From an uncultured Dehalococcoidia bacterium (GTDB lineage Bacteria; Chloroflexota; Dehalococcoidia; Lucifugimonadales; UBA3495): a DNA stretch of 64,000 nt. The position numbers and the translations under genes are program-made. This document shows positions 28,798 to 39,055 of this stretch, piece by piece. The stretch covers positions 1,323 to 65,322 of the forward strand of contig CAYFGT010000001.1 in the NCBI GenBank assembly GCA_964343075.1, read 5' to 3'. Position 1 is the first letter of the stretch. Each line of letters opens with the position of its first letter. A model generated the notes under the pieces. That model did no database searches and was not told where the DNA came from. It saw only the letters and a program-made list of their open reading frames with translations.

Positions 28798-30532
28798 CTG
28801 ATTTCTCCTGTATTACGTGAGCGCCCATTCCCATTGCAACCCTTATTAACGGACTGTTTTGGACGGCATTGATATTTGACTGAGGGCTGCCATTATTGCT
28901 CATGATATCAAGATTAATTACTAGTTCTTGATTAAAATAATTGTTAAATGCCTCTCTAACTTTATTATAAGATATAGGACTAGACATTTCTTCTTCCATT
29001 CGTTCAAAGTTGGCTCGATTTTTGAAGTAGAGTGTGATTTTACCGTCTATGATTTCCAGAGAATTTTTGTCGCAGTCTCTCAGTAATGCTCCTAAATTGA
29101 ATTTTTCACCTTTTTGCCTGCCCAAATATCTAATAATTTCATTCCAAATACCCAAAATTCCTGTGTCAGTTGATTGAGGAGATATGCGTTGGGTTTCTAA
29201 ATCGGAGCTTTCGGGTACGATCTTATTTGGAGCCTCATTGACCGTTTCAATTGGATGGTCCGGTATTTTATTAGACTCTCTAGACAAAGGATTTTCTATG
29301 GTATTGTGAGTTTGTGTGGTGGTTGCTTTGTTTGGGATTCGCTTCGGTGTTGAATAGGATTGTGTAGGAGGAGTTCCTGAGACTGCTTGGTCTCGAGTCG
29401 GGTTTGCTTGCTTGTGGTCAGCTTGAATTGTATGAGTGTTATTTTGCTTTCTGTCAGGAAAGGCGGTAGTTAGCTCAACTATTAATAGTTCAAGAACGAG
29501 GATACCGGATTCAACATTTTTAAAATTAACTTCATTCCATTTACTCAAGAGTTGGATGATAGTAGGCCGTTCACATCTAGCTGCTAATGGTTGTATATCT
29601 GATTCAGGGTTGTATATAGATGCTGGAAGTAGGGAAGGATCTAATTGATACAACATAATCGATCTAAGCAGATTCATTATGTTTTTATGTATCGCCCCCG
29701 CTTCAATACCTAGACCTATGGCTTCATTAGTTAGTTTTATTGCTTCTGCTGTGTCGTTAGCTATTAGGAAGCTCACTAATTTGACCCATTGGCTAGGATT
29801 GCTTACACCTACAAATTCTTCAACATCTTTTCTTTTCAAGTTACCATTTGTAGAGACAATCATCTGTTCCAGGATGGTTTCTGCATCTCTAAGACTTCCA
29901 TCGCAGGACTGAGCGATAAGTTCTAAAGCAGAGTTCTCTGCCACGATTCCTTCAGATTGTATAATCGATTCTAAACGGGATACTGTTACGGAAAATGAGA
30001 TTTTCCTGAAATCGTATCTTTGGCATCTAGATAATATTGTAGGTAATATTTTTTGTGGCTCAGTTGTACAAAGTATAAAAGTTACATGACTGGGGGGTTC
30101 TTCCAGAGTTTTCAGGAATGCATTTGAAGCTTGGTCTGTGAGCATATGTGCTTCGTCGATAATGTAGACTTTTTTCGATCCTTCGGAAGGGAGAAAGTTG
30201 ATTTTTTCTTTGATACTTCGTATTTCATCAATGCCACGATTGCTTGCAGCATCTAATTCTATGGTATCTAAAAACTTGCCTTCGTTACTGGATTTACACA
30301 TATCGCATTGGTTACAGGGATTACCATCGGTGACATCAACGCAGTTAATCGCTTTGCTAAGGATCCTGGCAGTAGTCGTTTTCCCCGTACCCCTTGGCCC
30401 GCAGAACAAATAAGAATGTGAAATGCGGTTCTGTAATATACCTTGTTTCAATGTCTCAGAAATATGATCTTGGCCTGAGATTTCTTCAAAGGATTTAGGT
30501 CTCCATTTTCTGTACATAGAAATTGAGGTCAT
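28790..30532 (-). CDS. dnaX: DNA polymerase III subunit gamma/tau
   Basis: YRKWRPKSF, GPRGTGKTT Walker A, a zinc module CNQCDMC, IIDEAHML and SRCQRYDF. Confidence 0.95.
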   Translation of the reverse strand: MTSISMYRKWRPKSFEEISGQDHISETLKQGILQNRISHSYLFCGPRGTGKTTTARILSKAINCVDVTDGNPCNQCDMCKSSNEGKFLDTIELDAASNRGIDEIRSIKEKINFLPSEGSKKVYIIDEAHMLTDQASNAFLKTLEEPPSHVTFILCTTEPQKILPTILSRCQRYDFRKISFSVTVSRLESIIQSEGIVAENSALELIAQSCDGSLRDAETILEQMIVSTNGNLKRKDVEEFVGVSNPSQWVKLVSFLIANDTAEAIKLTNEAIGLGIEAGAIHKNIMNLLRSIMLYQLDPSLLPASIYNPESDIQPLAARCERPTIIQLLSKWNEVNFKNVESGILVLELLIVELTTAFPDRKQNNTHTIQADHKQANPTRDQAVSGTPPTQSYSTPKRIPNKATTTQTHNTIENPLSRESNKIPDHPIETVNEAPNKIVPESSDLETQRISPQSTDTGILGIWNEIIRYLGRQKGEKFNLGALLRDCDKNSLEIIDGKITLYFKNRANFERMEEEMSSPISYNKVREAFNNYFNQELVINLDIMSNNGSPQSNINAVQNSPLIRVAMGMGAHVIQEKSDE

Positions 30533-30534
30533 AA

Positions 30535-31056
30535 CTATCCTTTTAGTCTTTCAGAATCGTACATTTCAGCAACGATTTTACTAGATATATTCAGATGGTG
30601 CAGTAGAGCAGTTTCTTGTTTTTGCATTTCTTTTTTTTCGATAGATGTTGCATGGTCGTACCCTGAAAGGTGTAAAAGGCCGTGAATCAATAAAAAGGAT
30701 AGTACTTCTTCCTCAGCTTGCTTGTAAATGAGAGACTGTTTTCTGATTTCCTCATATGAAATCACTATATCTCCCAGTTGATCTGCTACGAGTTGGTCAA
30801 AAACGTCCAAATTAGTGTTTGAGGTATTGGAGTCATTAGGAGCAAACGATAATACATCTGTGCTCTCTGGTATTCCTCTGAAATCATTGTTTAATTGTGC
30901 GATGTTTTTATTGTTAGTAACTAGGATGCTGAGATTGAGAGGTCGAGTGGAAGGATACAAGAATGAAATGGCATTTTGCATGTAATGCCTTATAACGTCT
31001 ATAGATACACATGTTGAATATTCCGCACAGACAATAGTTTCTATATTATGCAACAT
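30535..31056 (-). CDS. ybeY: rRNA maturation RNase YbeY
   Basis: HGLLHLSGYDH zinc motif. The start is set at ATG 31056 (GAGGGAG SD 5 nt upstream) rather than ORF-track 31074, which has no SD. Confidence 0.9.
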   Translation of the reverse strand: MLHNIETIVCAEYSTCVSIDVIRHYMQNAISFLYPSTRPLNLSILVTNNKNIAQLNNDFRGIPESTDVLSFAPNDSNTSNTNLDVFDQLVADQLGDIVISYEEIRKQSLIYKQAEEEVLSFLLIHGLLHLSGYDHATSIEKKEMQKQETALLHHLNISSKIVAEMYDSERLKG

Positions 31057-31182
31057 CTTGTCTCCCTCACCCATTCGATGACTAATACTAGCACGACGAT
31101 TCAGTGAGATTCAATGTAAATCAGTCAACTAGTTCATACTAGAGTCGTGTTACAATTCACAAGATTAGAAGTTGGAGGCGTT

Positions 31183-31617
31183 ATGTCCAAAAATCAGGCA
31201 GGTTTCTGGCGTCAAAATGAAGGCGAAACATTCATATTAAATGAAGAAGCTGTGACAGAGTTGTCAGATCTAATCTTGCAGTATATGACCGAGATAGATT
31301 TTAAAGATTTACCGCCTATATTGGGCCAAATTTTGGATGATTTTGCAGATCAGAGCGGATGTTTGCCTGAGGATTTGAGTAAGCCTGAATCATTTCAGGC
31401 TATAATAAACACTCAACTGTCGGTTACCCTGGCTTACCAATTAGGCAGATTGGATGGTAAGTCCCCTCAAATTATAGATAAATTGGTGGATGAAGTCGTT
31501 TCTAATGAATCTTTGTTGGAATTGTTATCAAATTCAGAAATAAATGGTGAAGATCTAGATAAACCGGTAGAAAAAGTTTACCCCCAACTTCGATTGATTA
31601 ATTTTTCTGATCAATAG
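31183..31617 (+). CDS. hypothetical acidic protein
   Basis: GGAGG (31174-31178) lies 4 nt before ATG 31183. 144 aa, Asp/Glu/Leu-rich. No recognisable motif. Confidence 0.6.
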   Translation: MSKNQAGFWRQNEGETFILNEEAVTELSDLILQYMTEIDFKDLPPILGQILDDFADQSGCLPEDLSKPESFQAIINTQLSVTLAYQLGRLDGKSPQIIDKLVDEVVSNESLLELLSNSEINGEDLDKPVEKVYPQLRLINFSDQ

Positions 31618-31626
31618 TTAACAGAT

Positions 31627-32829
31627 GTGGATACTACTAAGGAGAGAGCATTGGTACGAGAATTGATTTTAAAAAATGGAGAAATAATAGATCCGGCTAA
31701 TAATTTCAGATCAAAAGCTGATGTACTCGTTCAAGACGGAATTATAGCAGAGATTGGAACCGGCATAAGCGTTAATGAAGATGCACGAGTCATTGATGTT
31801 ACAAATAAAATTATTACTCCAGGATTGATTGATATTCATGGGCATTTTTACGATGGTGGTAATGGTAGTTCGGTTCATGCTGATACGAACTGCTTACCAT
31901 ATGGCGTGACCACTGGTGTGGATGCAGGTAGTGCAGGATATTTGAATTATAAAGCAATGAGAGACTATGTATTCCCTAATCATCGAACAAATCTTTTATG
32001 CTTTTTACATATTTCGGCTATTGGCCTGGCTGCTAACCGGAGACTAGGAGGCGGACTACATGATTTGAATATAATCAGCATTGAAGACACAGTAGCAGCT
32101 ATACGAGAGAACCAAGGATTTTGCTTCGGGGTTAAAGTTAGAATGCATTATAATGCCGTTTCATATTGGGATGCTGAGAAAGCGTTATGCATGGCAAAAC
32201 AAGCAGCTGTAGACTCTGATACGAGGCTGATGGTTCATGTTAGCGGTACCCCAATCCCATTACCAACGATTTTGAAACACATGACCGAAGGAGATATAGC
32301 TACGCATATATTTAATGGAGATAGGGAAAACATATTGGACAGTCAAGGGAATGTGCGCCCTGAAGTTTTAGATGCGGCAGATAGAGGAGTAGTATTTGAC
32401 GTTGCTCACGCTGGAATACACTGTGACATGTCAGTTGTGCAAGCAGCGCTAGATCAGGGAATAAATATAGATACTATAAGTACAGATTTACACATATCTC
32501 CGGATGACCGCACTGTTTATAAAATGAATGATCTGGTGAGCCAGTTTCATGCCGTAGGTCTTTCATTACAAGATGCTATAGCTGCTGCTACAGTTTCGCC
32601 GGCCAGGGTTTTAGGAATGAGTGAACACAGAGGCCTGAGTGATGGAACATTATCTCAAGGAGCGGTAGCCGACATAGCGATTTTCGATTTGATTGAAGGG
32701 AGATTTGTATGGCATGACATGTCAGGAAATATGGTAGAAGGTACTACTAAATTAGACACAATAGCTACTATAATCAAAGGTGAAGTAGTCTGGTCTAGAG
32801 GATCCCTAAATGAAATGGGTGAATGTTAA
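31627..32829 (+). CDS. amidohydrolase-superfamily metallohydrolase (dihydroorotase/deacetylase-like)
   Basis: GLIDIHGHF (HxH), later His residues (MVHVSG, ATHIFNG, a DVAHAG/STDLH Asp) and a C-terminal beta-sandwich GAVADIAIFDL. GTG start. Confidence 0.8.
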   Translation: MDTTKERALVRELILKNGEIIDPANNFRSKADVLVQDGIIAEIGTGISVNEDARVIDVTNKIITPGLIDIHGHFYDGGNGSSVHADTNCLPYGVTTGVDAGSAGYLNYKAMRDYVFPNHRTNLLCFLHISAIGLAANRRLGGGLHDLNIISIEDTVAAIRENQGFCFGVKVRMHYNAVSYWDAEKALCMAKQAAVDSDTRLMVHVSGTPIPLPTILKHMTEGDIATHIFNGDRENILDSQGNVRPEVLDAADRGVVFDVAHAGIHCDMSVVQAALDQGINIDTISTDLHISPDDRTVYKMNDLVSQFHAVGLSLQDAIAAATVSPARVLGMSEHRGLSDGTLSQGAVADIAIFDLIEGRFVWHDMSGNMVEGTTKLDTIATIIKGEVVWSRGSLNEMGEC

Positions 32830-32847
32830 GCTGGGGTAATTACAGAA

Positions 32848-33720
32848 ATGAATAAAGTGTTTGAATATGCAGATGCGTTGGATCTCAATCTGAGGTCCCC
32901 AAAAATAATAATGGTCCTCAAGCCATGGATTGATGTAGGCAGAGTTGGTACTAGGGTTATTCGATTTTTGAAAGACGCTTTGGATGCGCAAGAACTGGCT
33001 ACGATGGTGAATCCCAGCTCTTTTTATGATTACACTATATATCGTCCTAGAACCTATTTCTCCAGAGGTAAAAGAATATTTAGGCAACCTCAGACACGGT
33101 TGTATTATGCTAGACGGCCTGATGAGGCTAATGATCTTATTCTGATGGAAATGTTGGAACCTCATATCAATAGCGAAGATTTCATAGATTCCATACTGGA
33201 ATTGGCCAATAAATTTAATATTTCTGAATACACAATGATTGGCGGTATGTATGATATGGTTCCTCATACACGACCTTTAGTGGTGACCTCAATTACTAGC
33301 AATCCAAATCTAATAGATTCATTACAGGAATTTGATGTGCGGGAGAGTGACTATGAGGGGCCTACATCTATAACTTTGATGATTCAACAAAATTTGAGAG
33401 ATAAAGGAATTCCAACAAATACATTTGTCGTTCATCTGCCCCAATATTTAGAAATTGAAGAAGATTATAGTGGTCAGGCTCGTATCATGGAAATATTGTG
33501 TGCTCTGTATAATTTCCCTGAGAAGTATTTTGATAAACAGCAAGGAGATGATCAATACTTGGAAGCTGCCGCTTATATCCAAAATGCTGAAGATATAACC
33601 AACCTGGTAGATATGCTGGAGCAATCTTACGATAGTACTTATACCAACAAGAACGATGTATTGACAGAGCTTTCCCCTGACATAGAGGATTTTTTGAAGG
33701 ATATAGGTGGTACTCTATAG
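32848..33720 (+). CDS. PAC2 (proteasome assembly chaperone 2-like) family protein
   Basis: 290 aa. Pattern: ..ILMEMLEPH...IGGMYDMVPHTRPLVVTSITSNP....DYEGPTSIT...HLPQY. I recognise this as the bacterial PAC2 family signature (PHTRP, YEGPT). Confidence 0.7.
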   Translation: MNKVFEYADALDLNLRSPKIIMVLKPWIDVGRVGTRVIRFLKDALDAQELATMVNPSSFYDYTIYRPRTYFSRGKRIFRQPQTRLYYARRPDEANDLILMEMLEPHINSEDFIDSILELANKFNISEYTMIGGMYDMVPHTRPLVVTSITSNPNLIDSLQEFDVRESDYEGPTSITLMIQQNLRDKGIPTNTFVVHLPQYLEIEEDYSGQARIMEILCALYNFPEKYFDKQQGDDQYLEAAAYIQNAEDITNLVDMLEQSYDSTYTNKNDVLTELSPDIEDFLKDIGGTL

Positions 33721-33743
33721 GTTGGTTCAAATACACTTATTGA

Positions 33744-33772
33744 TTGACCAATATTGGCTATCTGTGTTAAAT
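33744..33772 (+). promoter_or_regulatory. candidate promoter of infC-rpmI-rplT
   Basis: TTGACC (33744-33749), 17-nt spacer, TTAAAT (33767-33772). Confidence 0.35.
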
Positions 33773-33806
33773 TTTACACTCATTCACAAACATAGGAGTA
33801 GATACT

Positions 33807-34322
33807 ATAGCTCGACAATATAAAGTAAATGAACAGATTTCAGCTTCTAAAGTCATGTTAATTGGTGATAGAGGTGAGCAACATGGTGTCATGCCTATCC
33901 AGAAAGCTCTAGAATTTGCTAGAGATATTGGAACAGATCTTGTGGAAGTATCTCCTAATACGGACCCTCCCGTATGCAGGTTACTGGATTATGGTAAGCT
34001 TAGGTACCTGTCTGCTAAGAAAGAAAGAGAATCACGGAAGAGCCAGAAAGGTACTGAATTAAAGGAAATGAGATTCAGGCCCAACATAGGAGAACACGAT
34101 CTTCAGTCAAAATTACGCAAAGTTAAAGAAATGATTGATGATGGAGCCAAAGTTAAACTAACTGTCAGATTTAGAGGTAGAGAAGCGATACACACCCAAC
34201 TTGGGTTAACAGTTTTAAAAAGAGTAGCGGATGAACTAAAAGATGATGTAAAATTGGAGAGTTCTCCAGCAATGGAAGGTAGGTCGCTTTCCATGACTCT
34301 GGTTCCAAACACTAAGAAATAA
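33807..34322 (+). CDS. infC: translation initiation factor IF-3 (non-AUG start, probably ATA)
   Basis: The ORF track starts at internal ATG 33855, but the conserved N-terminus (..YKVNEQISASKVMLIGDRGEQHGV) extends upstream. The frame is open from 33771. It contains no ATG/GTG/TTG before 33855. AGGAG (33794-33798) is 8 nt before ATA 33807. Confidence 0.9.
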   Translation: MARQYKVNEQISASKVMLIGDRGEQHGVMPIQKALEFARDIGTDLVEVSPNTDPPVCRLLDYGKLRYLSAKKERESRKSQKGTELKEMRFRPNIGEHDLQSKLRKVKEMIDDGAKVKLTVRFRGREAIHTQLGLTVLKRVADELKDDVKLESSPAMEGRSLSMTLVPNTKK

Positions 34323-34338
34323 TAGTTAGGTAGAAAAA

Positions 34339-34536
34339 ATGCCAAAATTGAAAACTCATAAAGGTGCAAAAGCTCGGATCCATGTTACGGGTTCAGGGAA
34401 ACTTATGAGACGACATAGAAATAGTAGCCATTTAAGGCGCAAAAAACCGAATAAAGTGACCCATAAATACGATCAGAAAACAGCTGTAAGTGAGAGTGAT
34501 GTTAAGAGACTCTCTAAGTTGATGCCGTACCAATAG
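34339..34536 (+). CDS. rpmI: 50S ribosomal protein L35
   Basis: MPKLKTHKGAKAR...SGK..R... Confidence 0.95.
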   Translation: MPKLKTHKGAKARIHVTGSGKLMRRHRNSSHLRRKKPNKVTHKYDQKTAVSESDVKRLSKLMPYQ

Positions 34537-34556
34537 GGTAGTCCAGGAGAATATAG

Positions 34557-34919
34557 ATGTCTAGAGTAAAACGAGGTGTAACAAAGAGAGCAAGACACAA
34601 AAAAGTCTTGCTTGCCGCGAGAGGCTATCAAGGCTCATCTCATAGAAACTACAAATGGGCTAAAGAAGCCCTAATACATGCATGGTCGCATTCTTATAGG
34701 CATAGGAAACAGAGGAAATCTGATTTCCGAAGGCTTTGGATAGCAAGAATCAATGCAGCTTGCCGAAATTCAGATATGAAGTATAGTGAATTTATCGCTG
34801 GGCTTAAGAATGCAGGTATAGAGATCGATCGCAAAATGATGGCAGATATGGCGGTGAACGACACCCCCGCCTTTAACAAACTGATCGAGATAGCTAACCA
34901 GAATTTAGTTCGTAATTAA
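34557..34919 (+). CDS. rplT: 50S ribosomal protein L20
   Basis: [23 protein letters not shown]...[12 protein letters not shown]. Confidence 0.95.
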   Translation: MSRVKRGVTKRARHKKVLLAARGYQGSSHRNYKWAKEALIHAWSHSYRHRKQRKSDFRRLWIARINAACRNSDMKYSEFIAGLKNAGIEIDRKMMADMAVNDTPAFNKLIEIANQNLVRN

Positions 34920-34932
34920 CATCTAAATACAA

Positions 34933-35337
34933 TTAGTCCGAAAGTTCAAATCCATAGTAATCATCTTGTTCAATTACCTTTATTAAAGATGCTTGAGATA
35001 AAGTAATTGGTTTGATAGGGGTGGACCAAGTTCCTGTCAGCAACTTGTGGAGGTTGCCAATAGTACGAGGTTTGTTTTTACTGGTTAATAAAATTCTAAA
35101 GATCATTTCTTTGATAGGCATATCAGTATTTATATAATTATCGTCTGCTTTGCAGTTTGACGTTATCTCGGCAACCAGTTTCTCTGGAGTAGGAAGTTCA
35201 CTAACTGGTTTATTCCAAGATGGACAATTGGGATGAAGTCGTTCTGCTAGTAAAACTAGTGCAGATCTGTTCAATTGGTCGATCCTAGCGAAGCTAATTT
35301 TGCATGTAATTTCAGATATGTCTGGTTTAATTGTCAT
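34933..35337 (-). CDS. hypothetical protein, translationally coupled to moeA
   Basis: 134 aa with no recognisable motif. Its ATG shares 1 nt with the moeA stop (35337). Confidence 0.55.
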   Translation of the reverse strand: MTIKPDISEITCKISFARIDQLNRSALVLLAERLHPNCPSWNKPVSELPTPEKLVAEITSNCKADDNYINTDMPIKEMIFRILLTSKNKPRTIGNLHKLLTGTWSTPIKPITLSQASLIKVIEQDDYYGFELSD

Positions 35338-36629
35338 TATGTTACCTCTTCATTCCAATCGGTCATGATTATTTTTACTGTGTCACCATTTTGTTTACTT
35401 GTTTCATTTTCTGGGCAGATCGCTAACCCGTTTGACTTTGACATTGATGTCAGTATATTAGATCCTTGTGGACCTGTAGGTGTGGCGATGAATCCACTAT
35501 TTGATTCACTAACTACCACTCGAGCATACACTCTTCGTCCATCGAAGTTATGGATTGTACCATTTAATGTCCCAGATACAATAGTTCTATTAAGTTTTTG
35601 TTTACCTCGCATCTTTAGAATTGAAGGCCTGCCAAACATTTCAAATGCTACTAATGCGCTCACAGGGTTTCCGGGTAATCCGATCAAAGGGATAGTTGTT
35701 CCTTTGATATTTATTATTCCAAAAGCTAGAGGCTTAGCGGGGCGCATTCGGACTGACCAGAAATTCATTTCCCCGTTTTTTGTGAGTACTTCTTTTACAA
35801 AGTCATAATCTCCTTTTGACACTCCTGCTGATGTCAGTATGAGGTCACAATCATAGCACGCATTTATCGCCTTCTCGAGGTCTTCTAAGGTATCTTCTGC
35901 AATGCCTATACGTTTAGCAATCCCTCCAGATGCTTGGATGGCAGCGCATAATCCATAACTATTACTGTCGTAGATTTTTGAATGGCCCAAATTTTGACCT
36001 AACTCAGTTAGTTCATCCCCTGTAGATATCACACCTACGACAGGCTTGCGGATCACTTCAGCATGACTGAGGCCTAAGGAAGCCAACACGGCGATCTCTT
36101 GCTGCCTTATACTGATGTTTGATTCTAGGATCAAGTCACCTATCTTGACATCTTCCGCTGCAGCTCGAATGTTAGCTCCCTCGGGTATCTTAGTGTTGAT
36201 AGAGATTTCTTCCAGAGAGACATTGTTACTGAGTCTAGAGACTTCGTCGGTTTCTTCAAATGGGACTACGGCTGTTGCGCCGTAAGGGATTGATGCACCG
36301 GTCATGATTCTTACTGCAGTTCCATGCGAGACAGTTATGGTAGGGACTGAACCTGCAGGCACGGTTCCAATCACTTTGAGCGTGATCGGGTTTGATTCTG
36401 TGTATCCAGCTACATCATTTGCTATTACAGCGTATCCGTCCATGCCTGAATTAGGGGTCGGGGGCAAATTTATACTCGAGTAAATATCGGTAGCTAATGT
36501 ATAGCCTAAAGTTTCTAGGATGGGTTTATTTGTAGTAGGCAACTTTTGGAAATGCTGGAGGATTGACGTCAAAGCATCTTCAACTGATAGCATATCTTCA
36601 TCTACGTGTTTATGTATGTGTTCTTCCAT
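35337..36629 (-). CDS. moeA: molybdopterin molybdotransferase
   Basis: 430 aa. SMDGYAV, ..IMTGA.IP.GA.AVV, TSGGVSKG-like TSAGVSKGDYDF, and GLPGNPVSA. Confidence 0.9.
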   Translation of the reverse strand: MEEHIHKHVDEDMLSVEDALTSILQHFQKLPTTNKPILETLGYTLATDIYSSINLPPTPNSGMDGYAVIANDVAGYTESNPITLKVIGTVPAGSVPTITVSHGTAVRIMTGASIPYGATAVVPFEETDEVSRLSNNVSLEEISINTKIPEGANIRAAAEDVKIGDLILESNISIRQQEIAVLASLGLSHAEVIRKPVVGVISTGDELTELGQNLGHSKIYDSNSYGLCAAIQASGGIAKRIGIAEDTLEDLEKAINACYDCDLILTSAGVSKGDYDFVKEVLTKNGEMNFWSVRMRPAKPLAFGIINIKGTTIPLIGLPGNPVSALVAFEMFGRPSILKMRGKQKLNRTIVSGTLNGTIHNFDGRRVYARVVVSESNSGFIATPTGPQGSNILTSMSKSNGLAICPENETSKQNGDTVKIIMTDWNEEVT

Positions 36630-36631
36630 GC

Positions 36632-39037
36632 CTAATCCTTGTATTGTCGTAGTCTTGCTGCAAAACTTTTTTTCGATTGATCTATTATGGCGTCTATTTG
36701 TTTGGAGATTTGTTCGTTGGTTAATGTCTCACTCATACTTTGAAAATGAATACGTATACCTAAAGATTTTTTCCCTGGGTCTAGCTCATCTCCAGAATAT
36801 ACATCAAATATATCTACTGCTGTCACGTAAGGCTGCTTTAGTATCTGTGCTGTGATATCAGAAGAATTAGTAGTGTCATCAACTATTAAAGCGAGATCTC
36901 TGATTGCTTCAGGGAATCGGGAAATTTGTTCAAATTTATTGTTTGCGGGAGGGTTGGCAGAGAGTATCTTCGATAATTCTATATCGAACATGAACACAGG
37001 CTCTAGTTGGATATCAAAATTTTGCAATACAGATTTTTTCACTCTACCTATAGTTCCAATTACAGTGCCTAGGTACGATATAGTTGCGGATTGATTTGTT
37101 TCATAACTCCCGTCCGAACCCAGCGAGTACTCTACATTTATATTAAGTCCAGCGAATACCTGTTCCAAGATTCCTTTGGTGTCATAAAATGATATATCTT
37201 CCGGATGGAGATTCCAGTGATTAGGACTCTTTTGACCAGTACATATTCCGGTGATTCTTTCATTCTCGTTTGGTAACCCTTCATCACTGGGGTAGAACAC
37301 TCTACCTAATTCAAATAGTTTGAATGGGCCTTCTGAATAAAATTGATTTTGTTGTAGTGTGGCCAATAAACTTTGTCTAAGGGATGTTCTTAGTTGAGTG
37401 TAAAGACCACTCATTGGGTTTAGCACATTTATTGATTTTGGTAGTGTATCTGATAATTCTAGTTTTGCTATTGAGGAGTCATCTGTAAGTGGGTATGAGA
37501 TAATTTCTTGGAGGCCCGATTTCACGAGGAGATCCCTGATCGCTTCTTTCTCGATGTAAGGATTGTTTGTTTGGTGGTGAGGGATTTGTGAAGACAGCAT
37601 CCTTATCGGAACTTCGTCATAACCTACGATCCGTATGATTTCTTCTACTAGATCTTCGGGCAACGTAATGTCATTTCTCCAATAGGGAATCGTGCACACT
37701 AATTCATGTTCACTAACTTCGGAACATGTGATCCCTAAGCTGGTTAAAACGTCTAAGCATTTAGGAATTGCAATATCCATTCCTAATATCGAAATGATTT
37801 TGTTAGTAGTTAGTCTGATTTCTTGAGATTCCTTCTCTGGATCAGTGTCTACGTCGATATAGGCATCTAGATAACTCGCTTCTAGCATTTGTGTGATGAG
37901 GCTTATAGCTCGATTCAACCCATAAACGGGTAATTCTGGGTTGAGAGACTTTTCAAATCTGATAGATGCATCAGTCTTCACCCTATACTTGTCAGAAGAT
38001 TGCCGGTTATTAAACCCATCGAAGCTTGCTGATTCTAGTAGAATATCTGTGGTGTGCTCGGTTATTTGAGTGCTTTGACCACCCATGATTCCCGCAAGAG
38101 CGATCGGGTTTGACTCATCGGCTATTACCAAGGTTTCTGTATCAAGACTGAGAGTCTGGCCATCTAATAATGTGATAGATTCGTCTTCAGAAGATCTCCT
38201 TATTTTAACAACATTGTTAGGTATAGTACTGAGATCAAAGGCATGCATAGGTTGGTTAAGCTCATACATAACGAAATTTGTAATGTCTACAATATTATTT
38301 ATTGGGTTGAGGCCTGTTTTCTTGAGGCGATCTTTTAACCAATCTGGAGATTCTTGTATTTTCACATTCTTGATAATTGCTCCTGTGTAACGAGGACAGA
38401 GGTCTGGAGCTTCTATTTTGATAGTTAGTGTATCATTAGTACTGGTTGTAGGTGGGGCCATGATGGGCATGCATAAGGTTTTGTTTGTAAGTGCAGCTAT
38501 CTCTCTCGCAATACCTGTTACAGAGTAGCAATCGGATCTGTTAGGGGTTAGCTCAATATCCAGCACTGTATCAGCTAAAATGGATTCAACATTGATACCA
38601 ACTTCGGTTTCTTCAGGTAAAATTAGGATCCCGTTATGGTCATCACCAATTCCTAGTTCCAATTCTGAGCATATCATCCCTTCGGAGGTGACACCTCTAA
38701 TTTTGCTGGGTTTCAGCGTTTCATAAGTACCAGACCTAGGATTGTAGAGTTTAGAACCTGGTCTGGCTAAACAAATTTTTGTACCTTCTTGCACGTTCGG
38801 CGCACCGCATACGATTTGTAATCGCTCAGAATTGATTTCTACGGTACATAAAGAAAGCCGGTCTGCGTTGGGGTGTTTCGCTACAGATGTGACTAGTCCC
38901 ACGTAACAATGTTTCCATCCACCTATAGAGATAATTTCATTAACTTCTAGTCCTGCCATTGTTAATCGGTGTGCTAGTTCCTTTATATCACTTTCGATAT
39001 CAACGTATTGTTTTAACCAGTTTACTGAGAGTTTCAT
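36632..39037 (-). CDS. pheT: phenylalanine--tRNA ligase beta subunit
   Basis: 801 aa. MKLSVNWLKQYV N-terminus, tRNA-binding/B3-4/B5/FDX-ACB domain order. Confidence 0.95.
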   Translation of the reverse strand: MKLSVNWLKQYVDIESDIKELAHRLTMAGLEVNEIISIGGWKHCYVGLVTSVAKHPNADRLSLCTVEINSERLQIVCGAPNVQEGTKICLARPGSKLYNPRSGTYETLKPSKIRGVTSEGMICSELELGIGDDHNGILILPEETEVGINVESILADTVLDIELTPNRSDCYSVTGIAREIAALTNKTLCMPIMAPPTTSTNDTLTIKIEAPDLCPRYTGAIIKNVKIQESPDWLKDRLKKTGLNPINNIVDITNFVMYELNQPMHAFDLSTIPNNVVKIRRSSEDESITLLDGQTLSLDTETLVIADESNPIALAGIMGGQSTQITEHTTDILLESASFDGFNNRQSSDKYRVKTDASIRFEKSLNPELPVYGLNRAISLITQMLEASYLDAYIDVDTDPEKESQEIRLTTNKIISILGMDIAIPKCLDVLTSLGITCSEVSEHELVCTIPYWRNDITLPEDLVEEIIRIVGYDEVPIRMLSSQIPHHQTNNPYIEKEAIRDLLVKSGLQEIISYPLTDDSSIAKLELSDTLPKSINVLNPMSGLYTQLRTSLRQSLLATLQQNQFYSEGPFKLFELGRVFYPSDEGLPNENERITGICTGQKSPNHWNLHPEDISFYDTKGILEQVFAGLNINVEYSLGSDGSYETNQSATISYLGTVIGTIGRVKKSVLQNFDIQLEPVFMFDIELSKILSANPPANNKFEQISRFPEAIRDLALIVDDTTNSSDITAQILKQPYVTAVDIFDVYSGDELDPGKKSLGIRIHFQSMSETLTNEQISKQIDAIIDQSKKSFAARLRQYKD

Positions 39038-39055
39038 ATAAAGATAGTCTCTGTT

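Noticed and set aside
30169-30176. A6G run (GAAAAAAGT on the coding strand) in dnaX as a possible tau/gamma -1 frameshift site
   Set aside because: It lies at codons ~119-121 (..GSKKVY..) just ahead of the Walker B region, far upstream of where the gamma/tau split occurs. The heptamer is not in the A-AAA-AAG register, and I see no downstream stem-loop.
30533-30534. An SRP (4.5S/scRNA) gene upstream of dnaX, as in the Bacillus scr-dnaX-yaaK-recR arrangement
   Set aside because: ybeY ends 2 nt before dnaX starts, so there is no room for an RNA gene.
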